Part shown: positions 9,163-17,365 of the stretch, in pieces | Position numbering within the stretch: position 1 is the stretch's first letter | Layout of the letters: every line of letters starts with the position of its first letter | Sequence record: PV467749.1 | Length of the DNA stretch: 64,000 bases | Source: a phage | Direction: 5' to 3' (one strand) | Made by a program: the position numbers and the translations under genes | Notes under the pieces: model-generated | Database searches by the model: none | What the model was told of the DNA's origin: nothing | The model's input: only the letters and a program-made list of their open reading frames with translations

Positions 9163-9573
9163 TCAACTCCCCACAATTACTGTGTTTTTGATTTCTAACA
9201 ATTCACTATACATCTTCTTCAATTGTACAATATCTTCATATAAAATACCACCCATATCATCAATCAAAGAACGTTGGAATAGTGATTCATCTGACTGTAT
9301 CGTGTCCAAATCAGAAATTTTCAATACTGTAACTGGGTTTAGGGTGTTTACAATAAGTTTGTTTGTGTATGGGATGTATGTGATCTTGATATTCATTTCC
9401 GAATCAAGGGCATACAACCTCAAAACAGACAAATCACCACAAAGTTGGATTTTTGGTTCATCAAACTCATCAGACCACCACATAGTACTAGTCATATAAT
9501 TGACGTGTTGGTTCAAATGTGATATATCCAAATCGAAATAATATTTTAGTTCATTGTGTAAATCTAAACTCAT
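9163..9573 (-). CDS. small protein, EExFFQQST-motif paralog family member
   Basis: ORF track; SDESLFQRSLIDD motif; GAGGA SD 8 nt upstream of ATG. Confidence 0.5.
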   Translation of the reverse strand: MSLDLHNELKYYFDLDISHLNQHVNYMTSTMWWSDEFDEPKIQLCGDLSVLRLYALDSEMNIKITYIPYTNKLIVNTLNPVTVLKISDLDTIQSDESLFQRSLIDDMGGILYEDIVQLKKMYSELLEIKNTVIVGS

Positions 9574-9628
9574 AAATTTATCCTCTATGCATCATTATCT
9601 TACAGTGTAGGATAAACCCACGATAATG

Positions 9629-10024
9629 TCAAGATGTGAATTGCTCATACCAGTGATACAGTTCTTTTAATTCTTCAGTACTGAATAGAACATCTTCAAT
9701 CGTTGTTTGTTGGAAGTGGTAATCTTCATTTAAGTACATTGAAATATTTTTATATACTTTTCGATTACATTTCCCAAGAAATGATGTTCTTTTGGATGTA
9801 TATTCAATAAATGTTAACTTATCTAATTCTACATCCAATGACAATTTCATACAGTATTCAGTATCATCTACGTACATAAGTTTATTTGAATAACAATCAA
9901 CTGTGATATATTCTTTATGTGAGAATTGGTATATACCATTAAATTTTTTACCATTTGTACTTCTGAATTTTTCAAGGTAATAAGAGAGTGGTTTAGATAT
10001 TGTACTACCAATAGTATTATTCAT
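9629..10024 (-). CDS. small protein, EExFFQQST-motif paralog family member
   Basis: ORF track; NEDYHFQQTTIED motif; GAGG SD. Confidence 0.5.
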   Translation of the reverse strand: MNNTIGSTISKPLSYYLEKFRSTNGKKFNGIYQFSHKEYITVDCYSNKLMYVDDTEYCMKLSLDVELDKLTFIEYTSKRTSFLGKCNRKVYKNISMYLNEDYHFQQTTIEDVLFSTEELKELYHWYEQFTS

Positions 10025-10043
10025 AGAACCTCAAAATTTAGAC

Positions 10044-10070
10044 AAGAAAAATGCCCCGAAGGTCGGGGCA
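10044..10070 (-). terminator. intrinsic terminator (GCCCCGA-AGG-TCGGGGC hairpin plus U-tract on minus strand)
   Basis: Perfect 7-bp GC-rich stem at about 10053..10069 followed on the minus strand by TTTTT; downstream of gene 10182..10733. Confidence 0.6.
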
Positions 10071-10181
10071 GTACGAAAAAGATTTTGTACGAAAAAGGGG
10101 AATAATACAATAAAATAATAACGCATCATTATTATGTAAGGGAGGAAAGTAACATGATAATGTTAACCATTACTGGTATAA

Positions 10182-10733
10182 TTATTTATCATTTAATTCT
10201 TTTAATTGAGCTTGTATATCACCAGAAAGTTTACGGATTTTCTTGAAACAGTACACGCTATCATCAAGTTCAAGTTCTAGGCCGTGTGTGATTGCATAAA
10301 GCATTTCAGCAAGTACTAGATCCTGACGCATCCAGTTACCATTCTTATAGGTTGTCATTACACAATAAGGACAGTGGCTGTTTCCGGTTTGTTTACCCAA
10401 GAACACAGATTGGATTGTATCATGCTTGAAACCCACAAAAGATTGGTTGATCTTGTTGATTTCAGCTACTACGTCCATTTGTGCACCAGTGTTGATTGCA
10501 AACACTTGGTCACCGTTCTCGGTTTTGTTAATGTTTAGTTCAATATCACTACCAAGTTTACGAACAGCCAATGTATAAAGTAGGATTTCATACATATCAT
10601 AATTGGTTGTTTCGCCATTTGGTGCAGTTACATCGAGACTAACACCATGCATTTTAACTTCAGTACTGAATCCATCTTTATCTGCTAGAAAATCAGTGAT
10701 TTGTTCAGTTAGGATTTTAATTTGGTCAATCAT
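10182..10733 (-). CDS. hypothetical protein (183 aa) with CPYC motif
   Basis: ORF track; flanked on both sides by hairpin terminators; no family assignment possible by eye. Confidence 0.5.
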   Translation of the reverse strand: MIDQIKILTEQITDFLADKDGFSTEVKMHGVSLDVTAPNGETTNYDMYEILLYTLAVRKLGSDIELNINKTENGDQVFAINTGAQMDVVAEINKINQSFVGFKHDTIQSVFLGKQTGNSHCPYCVMTTYKNGNWMRQDLVLAEMLYAITHGLELELDDSVYCFKKIRKLSGDIQAQLKELNDK

Positions 10734-10752
10734 TATTCATATCCTTATGTTG

Positions 10753-10780
10753 GAAAAAGCCCCCATTACGGAGGCTTTTG
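10753..10780 (-). terminator. intrinsic terminator-like hairpin with U-tract
   Basis: AAAAGCCCC / GGAGGCTTTT imperfect stem followed on minus strand by TTTTTCC; between genes 10790..11218 and 10182..10733. Approximate coordinates. Confidence 0.45.
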
Positions 10781-10789
10781 TTAATCTAA

Positions 10790-11218
10790 TTATAGGGAAG
10801 CTTCGTATTCAGCTACAATGTCAACCATCTCATTGACAAAGTTGATGTGGTCATGAGTTACGGTACGGAAATCATAAACCAGTGATTGTTGGAAGAATAC
10901 GTCTTCAGCCAGATTACCTTCAAAGTTCAGGTCGATGTTTTCTTCATCGTTGGTTGGAGCAACTTTGATATTTAGTTGATTTTCATCAACGACCAATTTC
11001 ACTACACAACCCAATGCAATCGCCAGTACATAGGCAGGTTTCTTAGCTGCTTCAGAACGGAATGGAGCACGTAGTGCACAAATGGTGCTGCTAATCTCAT
11101 CATTCAGTTCTTTATATTTAACGTTAATCATCAGTTCTTCAATTTTGACGCTCTCGATTACACGACCAGTTTCAGCAGCGAAGAAAGAGTGGTTACGGAT
11201 AGTTTGTTCGATATTCAT
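10790..11218 (-). CDS. small protein, EExFFQQST-motif paralog family member
   Basis: ORF track; AEDVFFQQSLVYD motif. Confidence 0.5.
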   Translation of the reverse strand: MNIEQTIRNHSFFAAETGRVIESVKIEELMINVKYKELNDEISSTICALRAPFRSEAAKKPAYVLAIALGCVVKLVVDENQLNIKVAPTNDEENIDLNFEGNLAEDVFFQQSLVYDFRTVTHDHINFVNEMVDIVAEYEASL

Positions 11219-11221
11219 GTG

Positions 11222-11416
11222 TTATTCCTTATATAGATTGCTAAAGTTACGAAGATTACGGTTTGCTTTAAACTGTTTTAAATCACCAAATCTATCATCA
11301 ACGATAAAAGTGGCAGACTGTTTTGATTGGCATATTGTACAAATCAACATACCCTGTATTGTATACTCGGTTGAACAATTTGTACAGTACTTTTTTTCAT
11401 AAAGTTCAGTACTCAT
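11222..11416 (-). CDS. small Cys-rich (zinc-ribbon-like) protein, 64 aa
   Basis: ORF track; CTNC...CTIC pairs. Confidence 0.4.
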   Translation of the reverse strand: MSTELYEKKYCTNCSTEYTIQGMLICTICQSKQSATFIVDDRFGDLKQFKANRNLRNFSNLYKE

Positions 11417-11748
11417 AAAACCTTCACATCACTACGTTTATCTCTTTCTTCTTTCTTTACCTCATCGGAGCGGGTATCTTCTAATTGTAACACAACTTCT
11501 TTCAGAATGTCAACATCAATCATTGCTTCTTTGTATTGAAAGTCGTTTACGCCGAAAATATACTTCAATGCAACCCATACACGTTTGTACCATTTTAAGA
11601 AAGGATTCAAACGCATACTCACCAGACATTGACCAAGTTTATCATCTCCATGTTCTTGTGTCAAGTCAAATTGTGAAATGTGAACACAATGTTCCGTATT
11701 ATCGCCACAACTACAACGCACTATAAATTCTTTGCTGTCTTTGCTCAT
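11413..11748 (-). CDS. hypothetical protein (111 aa)
   Basis: ORF track; ATGA-type overlap with neighbours. Confidence 0.45.
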   Translation of the reverse strand: MSKDSKEFIVRCSCGDNTEHCVHISQFDLTQEHGDDKLGQCLVSMRLNPFLKWYKRVWVALKYIFGVNDFQYKEAMIDVDILKEVVLQLEDTRSDEVKKEERDKRSDVKVL

Positions 11749-12167
11749 ACTGGATAAGCCTTCATAAATTGTTTTAGAACTCCAAACTTAGAAGCACTGT
11801 AATCATACTGATAACTTAGCTCACGTTTATCATTCATTCGATAAACCATATGATTGTTTGGATAACCTATTCTAACAGGTTTGTTAGGATTTGCAAGCAA
11901 AATTGCCCATTCTTTTACAGGAAAAACGTTTTCAGATAACATCTTCACATCTTTACTGTAATACTTCATTGCTTGGGTACAGTGCTTGTAATCTTCAGCA
12001 CTCAGTTCTTCACACACAACACTGTGTGTTTCAGTACTGGATACCCATGACTCTTCTTCATAATATAAGTCAATTACATCTTCTACGGTATAGCTATCAG
12101 GTAAATCATAATATACCCAATTACTAAAACCAGAGCTTACACCAACTCGAATTCGATAGTACTTCAT
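11745..12167 (-). CDS. hypothetical protein (140 aa)
   Basis: ORF track. Confidence 0.45.
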   Translation of the reverse strand: MKYYRIRVGVSSGFSNWVYYDLPDSYTVEDVIDLYYEEESWVSSTETHSVVCEELSAEDYKHCTQAMKYYSKDVKMLSENVFPVKEWAILLANPNKPVRIGYPNNHMVYRMNDKRELSYQYDYSASKFGVLKQFMKAYPV

Positions 12168-12331
12168 ATTTTTTTATCATCCGATTTTACATAATAGTAA
12201 CATACAATGCAGTGAATTACAAGAAGAATAATTTCTACTACATTCAGTGCCACAACATGCCCTTGCGGGACCGTAAGTGACAATAACAACATTATAGTAG
12301 GTATTACGAATATTGTCAATGTTTTTTTCAT
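12164..12331 (-). CDS. small membrane protein (about 55 aa)
   Basis: ORF track 12164..12370; ATG at 12331 has AAGGAAATAAA SD, upstream in-frame extension lies in a duplicated segment without SD; hydrophobic MKKTLTIFVIPTIMLLLSLTV. Confidence 0.4.
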   Translation of the reverse strand: MKKTLTIFVIPTIMLLLSLTVPQGHVVALNVVEIILLVIHCIVCYYYVKSDDKKI

Positions 12332-12417
12332 TTTATTTCCTTGTGGGACCGTAAGTGACAATAACAACATTATAGTAGGTATTACGAATATTGTCCATGT
12401 TTTTTCATTTTATTTCC
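12261..12417. repeat. tandem direct repeat, 2 copies of about 78 bp, near-identical
   Basis: 12261..12338 and 12339..12417 align with about 3 differences (C/T, A/C, one T in a T-run); each copy carries AAGGAAATAAAATG. Confidence 0.7.
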
Positions 12418-12641
12418 TTAATGTAGGCAAATGGTAAAAATACAACCTCTACCCCAGGAAATGCAGTTGCGAGTGCATCAACTATAGATTTGTTTTTATT
12501 ACATTGCCATACTTTTGTAACTTTGTGCTGGAATACCTTGCCATCTTTTACTAACCAATACATTTGCATTTTAACAGTACTGTTATCAGATGGTATTAGT
12601 AAATCTTCCATATCATATGAATTAAAGATTCTCTCGTTCAT
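12405..12641 (-). CDS. hypothetical protein (78 aa)
   Basis: ORF track; C-terminus and stop lie in repeat copy 2. Confidence 0.45.
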   Translation of the reverse strand: MNERIFNSYDMEDLLIPSDNSTVKMQMYWLVKDGKVFQHKVTKVWQCNKNKSIVDALATAFPGVEVVFLPFAYIKEIK

Positions 12642-12900
12642 ATAATCTCCTAGTGAAAAAAGCCAGATTCTTTCTTATATATTCGGCGACACAATCAGTA
12701 GTTTGTGTATTTGTGAATGCAACAACTTCATTCGATACACCATTCCCATTACACAATGGACAAATCCCCATATACTTAGGTGTTGGAACTGTATCTAGTT
12801 TATATTTCCCTGAAGATATCATGTATTGTTGTGGTAATACATCCAAAGAAATAATATAATCTTCATCGAATTGCTTACAACATACCCAACATTTACTCAT
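12622..12900 (-). CDS. small Cys-rich protein (92 aa)
   Basis: ORF track; CWVCC and CPLC motifs. Confidence 0.45.
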   Translation of the reverse strand: MSKCWVCCKQFDEDYIISLDVLPQQYMISSGKYKLDTVPTPKYMGICPLCNGNGVSNEVVAFTNTQTTDCVAEYIRKNLAFFTRRLYERENL

Positions 12901-13384
12901 TGTGGTTCTCCTTCAAAACAATTCTTATATCTTCGAATGTTTTAACAAACCAGTCATGTTCATCAGATACATCAACCACCTTCCCACCATAAACATAGTA
13001 ATGGTAGAAGGGTAACTTACTTTTCCTCAATCGTTCAGCAAGTTCTGGGTTTTGAAATATCTTAGCACATATTGCATCCTGGATACGAGAAATGCATTCG
13101 GGTGTCATTTCAATACGGTCGTGCATATACTTGTTCGCCGCTGCTTTTGCAGCAGCACCCGACACTTTTCTAAGATCATCATGTTTCTGGCCTGTTAAAA
13201 ACCAAAAATAAAAAGTTTCTACCGATGGGAACCAACCGTATGGTTCTAAGGTAAAACTATGTGACGAAAAGTTAGATAGATCCCTACCTAACTTAGTTTT
13301 AGCTTTACTATAGATATTAATGTGTCTGTATCCGTCATCAGTAGGGTCAATATAGTTAAATGACTCTTCAGGAAATTCAAACAT
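12893..13384 (-). CDS. NADAR (YbiA/DUF1768)-like protein
   Basis: By-eye match to E. coli YbiA as recalled from memory: INIYS...LSNFS...PYGWFPSVETFYFW and AKIFQNPELAERL versus INFYS...FSNFA...WPTSEHYFQAQKF and AKFEQHAELRALL. Confidence 0.6.
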   Translation of the reverse strand: MFEFPEESFNYIDPTDDGYRHINIYSKAKTKLGRDLSNFSSHSFTLEPYGWFPSVETFYFWFLTGQKHDDLRKVSGAAAKAAANKYMHDRIEMTPECISRIQDAICAKIFQNPELAERLRKSKLPFYHYYVYGGKVVDVSDEHDWFVKTFEDIRIVLKENHNE

Positions 13385-13386
13385 AA

Positions 13387-13740
13387 TTACTCTTCTTCAC
13401 CAGATGGTGTACCACGCAGTTTATCAAAATCAACCCAAATACCATGCTGGTTTTTGAAGCGACATTTCTCATAGTACCAGCTATAGTCGGTTTCAACACC
13501 CTGAGAAATTGAACGAACACTACAGTCATACATATTGTATAAATGTGTACGTACAATGAATGTTCCTATAAGAAGAACAAACACAACAATCCCAGTACAG
13601 ATCTTTGGATGATCCATAATTAGGTCCAACACAGAACTGGTTTCAGTACTATCAATTTTACTACGACCGATAGCAACAACTTTCAGTACTGCTAATGATA
13701 CCAGTAATGAAATAACAAGAACACTCAAATAAATTAGCAT
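13387..13740 (-). CDS. membrane protein (117 aa, two predicted TM segments)
   Basis: ORF track; hydrophobic LIYLSVLVISLLVSLAVLKVVAI and GIVVFVLLIGTFIV. Confidence 0.45.
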   Translation of the reverse strand: MLIYLSVLVISLLVSLAVLKVVAIGRSKIDSTETSSVLDLIMDHPKICTGIVVFVLLIGTFIVRTHLYNMYDCSVRSISQGVETDYSWYYEKCRFKNQHGIWVDFDKLRGTPSGEEE

Positions 13741-13742
13741 AT

Positions 13743-14327
13743 TTAGACTCCTACCCCAAAACGTAAAAGGATGTTATTAACAAACACAAAATCAAATGGA
13801 GACTTTGGTTCAGATACCGAGTACTGGAAAGTTTCAGTGGCAAAATTTTCCCTATTATGCCATGTTGATGAATCGATTAGTAATTGTTTATCACCAATTG
13901 ACGTTGAATGTAATGGGACGTGTGCTGATGAATTTATAGAATACGCATTTAGTTTTCCTTGTTCATCAAATGTAACACAAAGGTAATATCTCTTCTTAAC
14001 ATCAGGAGAACGCTCTTTAATATACGAATATATTGATTCATTCAAATCATCATCATTCCTTGTCTTAGCACCGAGAACTTGAGCAAAAGACAAATTACGT
14101 TTCGGTTGGATCGTTCCTGGTCTTTTTAGAATGAATTCTTTTGTTAAGTAAAAGTTATTGTGTTTTACCTCAATATTAACAGTTTTAAAGTTTGTGATTT
14201 TGTCATATACGTTCCTAAAAACTGTTATATCCCATGAACTAATTTCTTGCATCGTTACCGTAACTAGTTCTTCTAGTTCTTGGATAAATGGCAAATCGTC
14301 TTGATCAAATCTAATCACAGTTTTCAT
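13743..14327 (-). CDS. hypothetical protein (194 aa)
   Basis: ORF track. Confidence 0.45.
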   Translation of the reverse strand: MKTVIRFDQDDLPFIQELEELVTVTMQEISSWDITVFRNVYDKITNFKTVNIEVKHNNFYLTKEFILKRPGTIQPKRNLSFAQVLGAKTRNDDDLNESIYSYIKERSPDVKKRYYLCVTFDEQGKLNAYSINSSAHVPLHSTSIGDKQLLIDSSTWHNRENFATETFQYSVSEPKSPFDFVFVNNILLRFGVGV

Positions 14328-14898
14328 ATACCTTTTTTAAATTCATAATTTCAAGAAGACTATATTCTTTTTCACTAATCAAATCTTCAGTGAGTGCTTC
14401 TGGTTCGGTGTTACAATACAACTTCCCATTAATGATAACATAACCATTGCTAAGATACAACGCACTCATTATCTGTTGTCCTTCTTTTGCATTGACTGCT
14501 ATACCAGCATTTGTTACAACAAGCCCATTGTTTGCAAATGCTGATGTTAGTTCTGACCATTCAACTGATATTAAATCACGATAGTCTTTTGATACTTTTA
14601 TATTAACAATACAAGCAACTCTTGTAATAGATGGAGTACTAATCGTATACATCTGTGGGTGTTGGTAGTTTGAGTTATATGTTTGTGGTGTATTAACAGC
14701 AGTTCCTGAATTCGGAGTTGTTGGCATAATTACTTGATCTATATTTGGAACAGCCGTTCTTAGTGATGCAATACGCCCAGTTTCATCCAATTTCAAAACT
14801 AAACGATGAGTTTTATCCTCAGAGTGATACGGGAATAGACCACCGGAATTCATATTTTGAAGCATTTTAATTAATTCATAAGTATTTTTTAAAAACAT
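14311..14898 (-). CDS. hypothetical protein (195 aa)
   Basis: ORF track. Confidence 0.45.
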   Translation of the reverse strand: MFLKNTYELIKMLQNMNSGGLFPYHSEDKTHRLVLKLDETGRIASLRTAVPNIDQVIMPTTPNSGTAVNTPQTYNSNYQHPQMYTISTPSITRVACIVNIKVSKDYRDLISVEWSELTSAFANNGLVVTNAGIAVNAKEGQQIMSALYLSNGYVIINGKLYCNTEPEALTEDLISEKEYSLLEIMNLKKVYENCD

Positions 14899-14910
14899 AA
14901 TAAATCCTAT

Positions 14911-14936
14911 AGAAAATGGGAGTACAATGTACTCCC
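14911..14936 (-). terminator. hairpin (GGGAGTACA/TGTACTCCC) with U-rich tail
   Basis: Palindrome at about 14918..14936 downstream of gene 14946..15500, followed on minus strand by ATTTTCT. Confidence 0.4.
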
Positions 14937-14945
14937 AGATTTAGA

Positions 14946-15500
14946 TTATAGTTTAATTACTTCTTGGATACCAGTATCCATTGCTTTCTTAGTGCGTGTA
15001 TCAGAAACTACTGTACATAAATGTTCAATATTTTCACTTGGGAATGTGTTAGTATCAAGAATTTTGGAGTTCCAGAAACCTTTACGGAACTTAGCATAAT
15101 CAGTACACTGGTCAATTTTCATTTTCTGAAGATTGTTGAACTGTGTACGTCCTGACTCGATAGTTACCATAAGTTCTTGATAAATCTTAGGATCGAGATT
15201 AGGAACCTGTTGTTGAATCTGTGACATCACAAACTTCTGGTCAACACCTTCACGACCTTTAAAGTATGTTTCGATGGTTTCTTTCAATGCATCCTTATAC
15301 TTATCAGAAACTTGTACTTTTTCTTGAATGACAAGAGTGTATTTACTTAGTTGACTTTCTGATGCATCATAGTACTTTTTAATATTACCTTCAAATTCAA
15401 CAGCACGGTCATGTGCATCTACATACATACTAACTGAACCAATTGCCATAAGACCGAATACAACAACAACACCAATCAATGCAATAATTTTACCATTCAT
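14946..15500 (-). CDS. membrane-anchored protein (184 aa, N-terminal TM)
   Basis: ORF track; N-terminal IIALIGVVVVFGLMAIGSV; ATGA overlap with upstream membrane protein gene. Confidence 0.5.
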   Translation of the reverse strand: MNGKIIALIGVVVVFGLMAIGSVSMYVDAHDRAVEFEGNIKKYYDASESQLSKYTLVIQEKVQVSDKYKDALKETIETYFKGREGVDQKFVMSQIQQQVPNLDPKIYQELMVTIESGRTQFNNLQKMKIDQCTDYAKFRKGFWNSKILDTNTFPSENIEHLCTVVSDTRTKKAMDTGIQEVIKL

Positions 15501-16591
15501 AACTTGTTATCCCTCATATAAAGGCCAATGAAAATAGATACAATCAGTAACAAAATAGAAGCACCGATGAGAACATCTTTACGTGGTTCCATTTTTACAG
15601 ACAAGTACTCGAACTCTTTATTAGAGAGTCTTTCAAACTTTGTGTCAATATTATGCACTTCTTTGCTCAACAAGTCAAGAGTTAATTTTTCATTTAATGC
15701 ATCCATTCGCATCTTAGCATGTAGTTCTTCGTTCTTCATGCCTTGTGCAAAGGAAGTGCTATCAAATTTAACAATCTTCCCATCATTATCAATTCCAAAG
15801 AACATAATAACATCATTCTTCTTACCACCACGCCACGAAGCGAGTGTTGCCTCAACAAAATCTACGTTTTTATAATCATAAACCAAAACTTGGATGTTGA
15901 CTTGTTTACGTGCACCCATAGTTTTTAGTTCTTCACGCAGATACTCATCATAACCATCTACATTATAATTAGTAGTGTTGATTACATGGTGTGTTTTATA
16001 ATAGTCTACCACACTTGGGTATTCTGGTAAAGTACTAAGATATTTCTCATCATACATTTCATGTAATTCACCAGGACTAAACAATGAGTTTTTATCAGCG
16101 AACAGATAGTTAATATAAGAACTTTCTGCGGCAGCATAATCCCCAATGTTAACCTGTTGCCAGCGTGGAGGGGTCATTGTACCCTGACGGTTTACTCGCT
16201 CAATCTCAAACTTCCCTACAGTACTTTTTACATACCAGTCAACTTCGTATGAATAATCAAATACCTTATAGGACTCACATTCACGATGGGATTTCCCCTT
16301 ACTATCATAACGAGTTCTGCATTTCTCGTGCCACGTGTAATGCTTACATGAGCTTGATTGTGTACAAAACTCCTTGTGATTATATTTGGATGTTACCTGC
16401 CCATTTAGAATCTCTACATCGTACAATTGGCTGTAGTTGATTGCATATGAGATACCAAGCACAAGAGCAGCACCAACTATACAACAACCAATATGAATCA
16501 ACAGTTCTTTAGTACTGATATGCTTATCATACATGTATTTCATAACAAATACAACGATAAGTGAAGGAATCAACAGAATAATAAAATTCAT
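15497..16591 (-). CDS. membrane protein (364 aa; N-terminal and C-terminal TM segments, Cys-rich central domain)
   Basis: ORF track; TM-like FIILLIPSLIVVFV, CCIVGAALVLGISYAI, LIGASILLLIVSIFIGL. Confidence 0.5.
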   Translation of the reverse strand: MNFIILLIPSLIVVFVMKYMYDKHISTKELLIHIGCCIVGAALVLGISYAINYSQLYDVEILNGQVTSKYNHKEFCTQSSSCKHYTWHEKCRTRYDSKGKSHRECESYKVFDYSYEVDWYVKSTVGKFEIERVNRQGTMTPPRWQQVNIGDYAAAESSYINYLFADKNSLFSPGELHEMYDEKYLSTLPEYPSVVDYYKTHHVINTTNYNVDGYDEYLREELKTMGARKQVNIQVLVYDYKNVDFVEATLASWRGGKKNDVIMFFGIDNDGKIVKFDSTSFAQGMKNEELHAKMRMDALNEKLTLDLLSKEVHNIDTKFERLSNKEFEYLSVKMEPRKDVLIGASILLLIVSIFIGLYMRDNKL

Positions 16592-16594
16592 GTA

Positions 16595-17284
16595 TTAGTC
16601 CAGTTTAAGTTTATTGAGACAATAGGAGATTTGGATAGCTTCACGTGCTGCATCATACAGAGGGTGATGTAATTCCAAACCATTAATACCACATTTTTCT
16701 ACATACTTCACGAATTTAGCTAACTGCACTGACACAATCTCATCCATTTCGGTGCGAGCTTCTTCATTCAATAAACGCTTCAGGGTTCGTGCGTTTTCAG
16801 GAGCATCATATTTCCACAAATCACCAACATTCAATAGTTTTAAGTGATTAGCTTGTAAAATACTACAGTCGAAGTTGCAGCCATTTCCCCAAATTGAATG
16901 TTCAACCTCTTTACCATAACAATCAAAACGGATATCTTTCCAGAAATCGACAATACCATTAGAAGTAAAGATTTGTTTGGATTTACCATTAGGACCGTAC
17001 AATTCTGGTGCAACAAGTGCCATAGTACTGGCAACTTCAGCATATGCATTAGGATATTCCTTCTGACATGTATTCATCCAGAAATCCATTGCACCTGCAT
17101 CTGATTTCAGCCCAGCGTTGACTTGTGCTTGGTATGGTAACTTAACATATACAAATTGTCTGATATCATGTTCAGGTTTACTTGGAACAACTACTGCTGC
17201 ATAATTTGGAATAATAATATCATAACCAGAGTTTTCAGGAGTGCCGAGAGCTTCAATATCAACACTAACATGACGGCGTTTCAT
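16595..17284 (-). CDS. DEDD-family 3'-5' exonuclease (T4 DexA-like size, 229 aa)
   Basis: Exo motifs VSVDIEALG (Exo I), WGNGCNFD (Exo II), HHPLYDAAREA (Exo III). Confidence 0.6.
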   Translation of the reverse strand: MKRRHVSVDIEALGTPENSGYDIIIPNYAAVVVPSKPEHDIRQFVYVKLPYQAQVNAGLKSDAGAMDFWMNTCQKEYPNAYAEVASTMALVAPELYGPNGKSKQIFTSNGIVDFWKDIRFDCYGKEVEHSIWGNGCNFDCSILQANHLKLLNVGDLWKYDAPENARTLKRLLNEEARTEMDEIVSVQLAKFVKYVEKCGINGLELHHPLYDAAREAIQISYCLNKLKLD

Positions 17285-17311
17285 ATTTCGTTCCTTATCT
17301 GTATATTAAAA

Positions 17312-17355
17312 AAGAGTGCGTTTCAATAAGAACATTATATTGAAAACGCACTCTT
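17312..17355 (-). terminator. long hairpin (about 17-bp stem, 7-nt loop) followed by U-tract on minus strand
   Basis: AAGAGTGCGTTTCAATA-agaacat-TATTGAAAACGCACTCTT; minus strand continues TTTTTT; between 17366.. gene and exonuclease gene. Confidence 0.45.
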
Positions 17356-17365
17356 GTGTCAACTA

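Noticed and set aside
10025-10181. tRNA gene in the longest intergenic gaps (also checked 21878..21976, 39100..39250)
   Set aside because: No cloverleaf-compatible arrangement or conserved T-loop (GTTCxAxxC) found by eye; the gaps are accounted for by terminator hairpins and AT-rich promoter-like sequence.
12261-12417. CRISPR-like array
   Set aside because: Only two directly adjacent copies with no spacers, and the repeat is coding/RBS sequence; it is a tandem duplication.
14946-15500. LemA-family assignment for the N-terminally anchored 184-aa protein
   Set aside because: Architecture fits, but the LemA signature (QYQRR...DLIPNLV, as I recall it) is absent.
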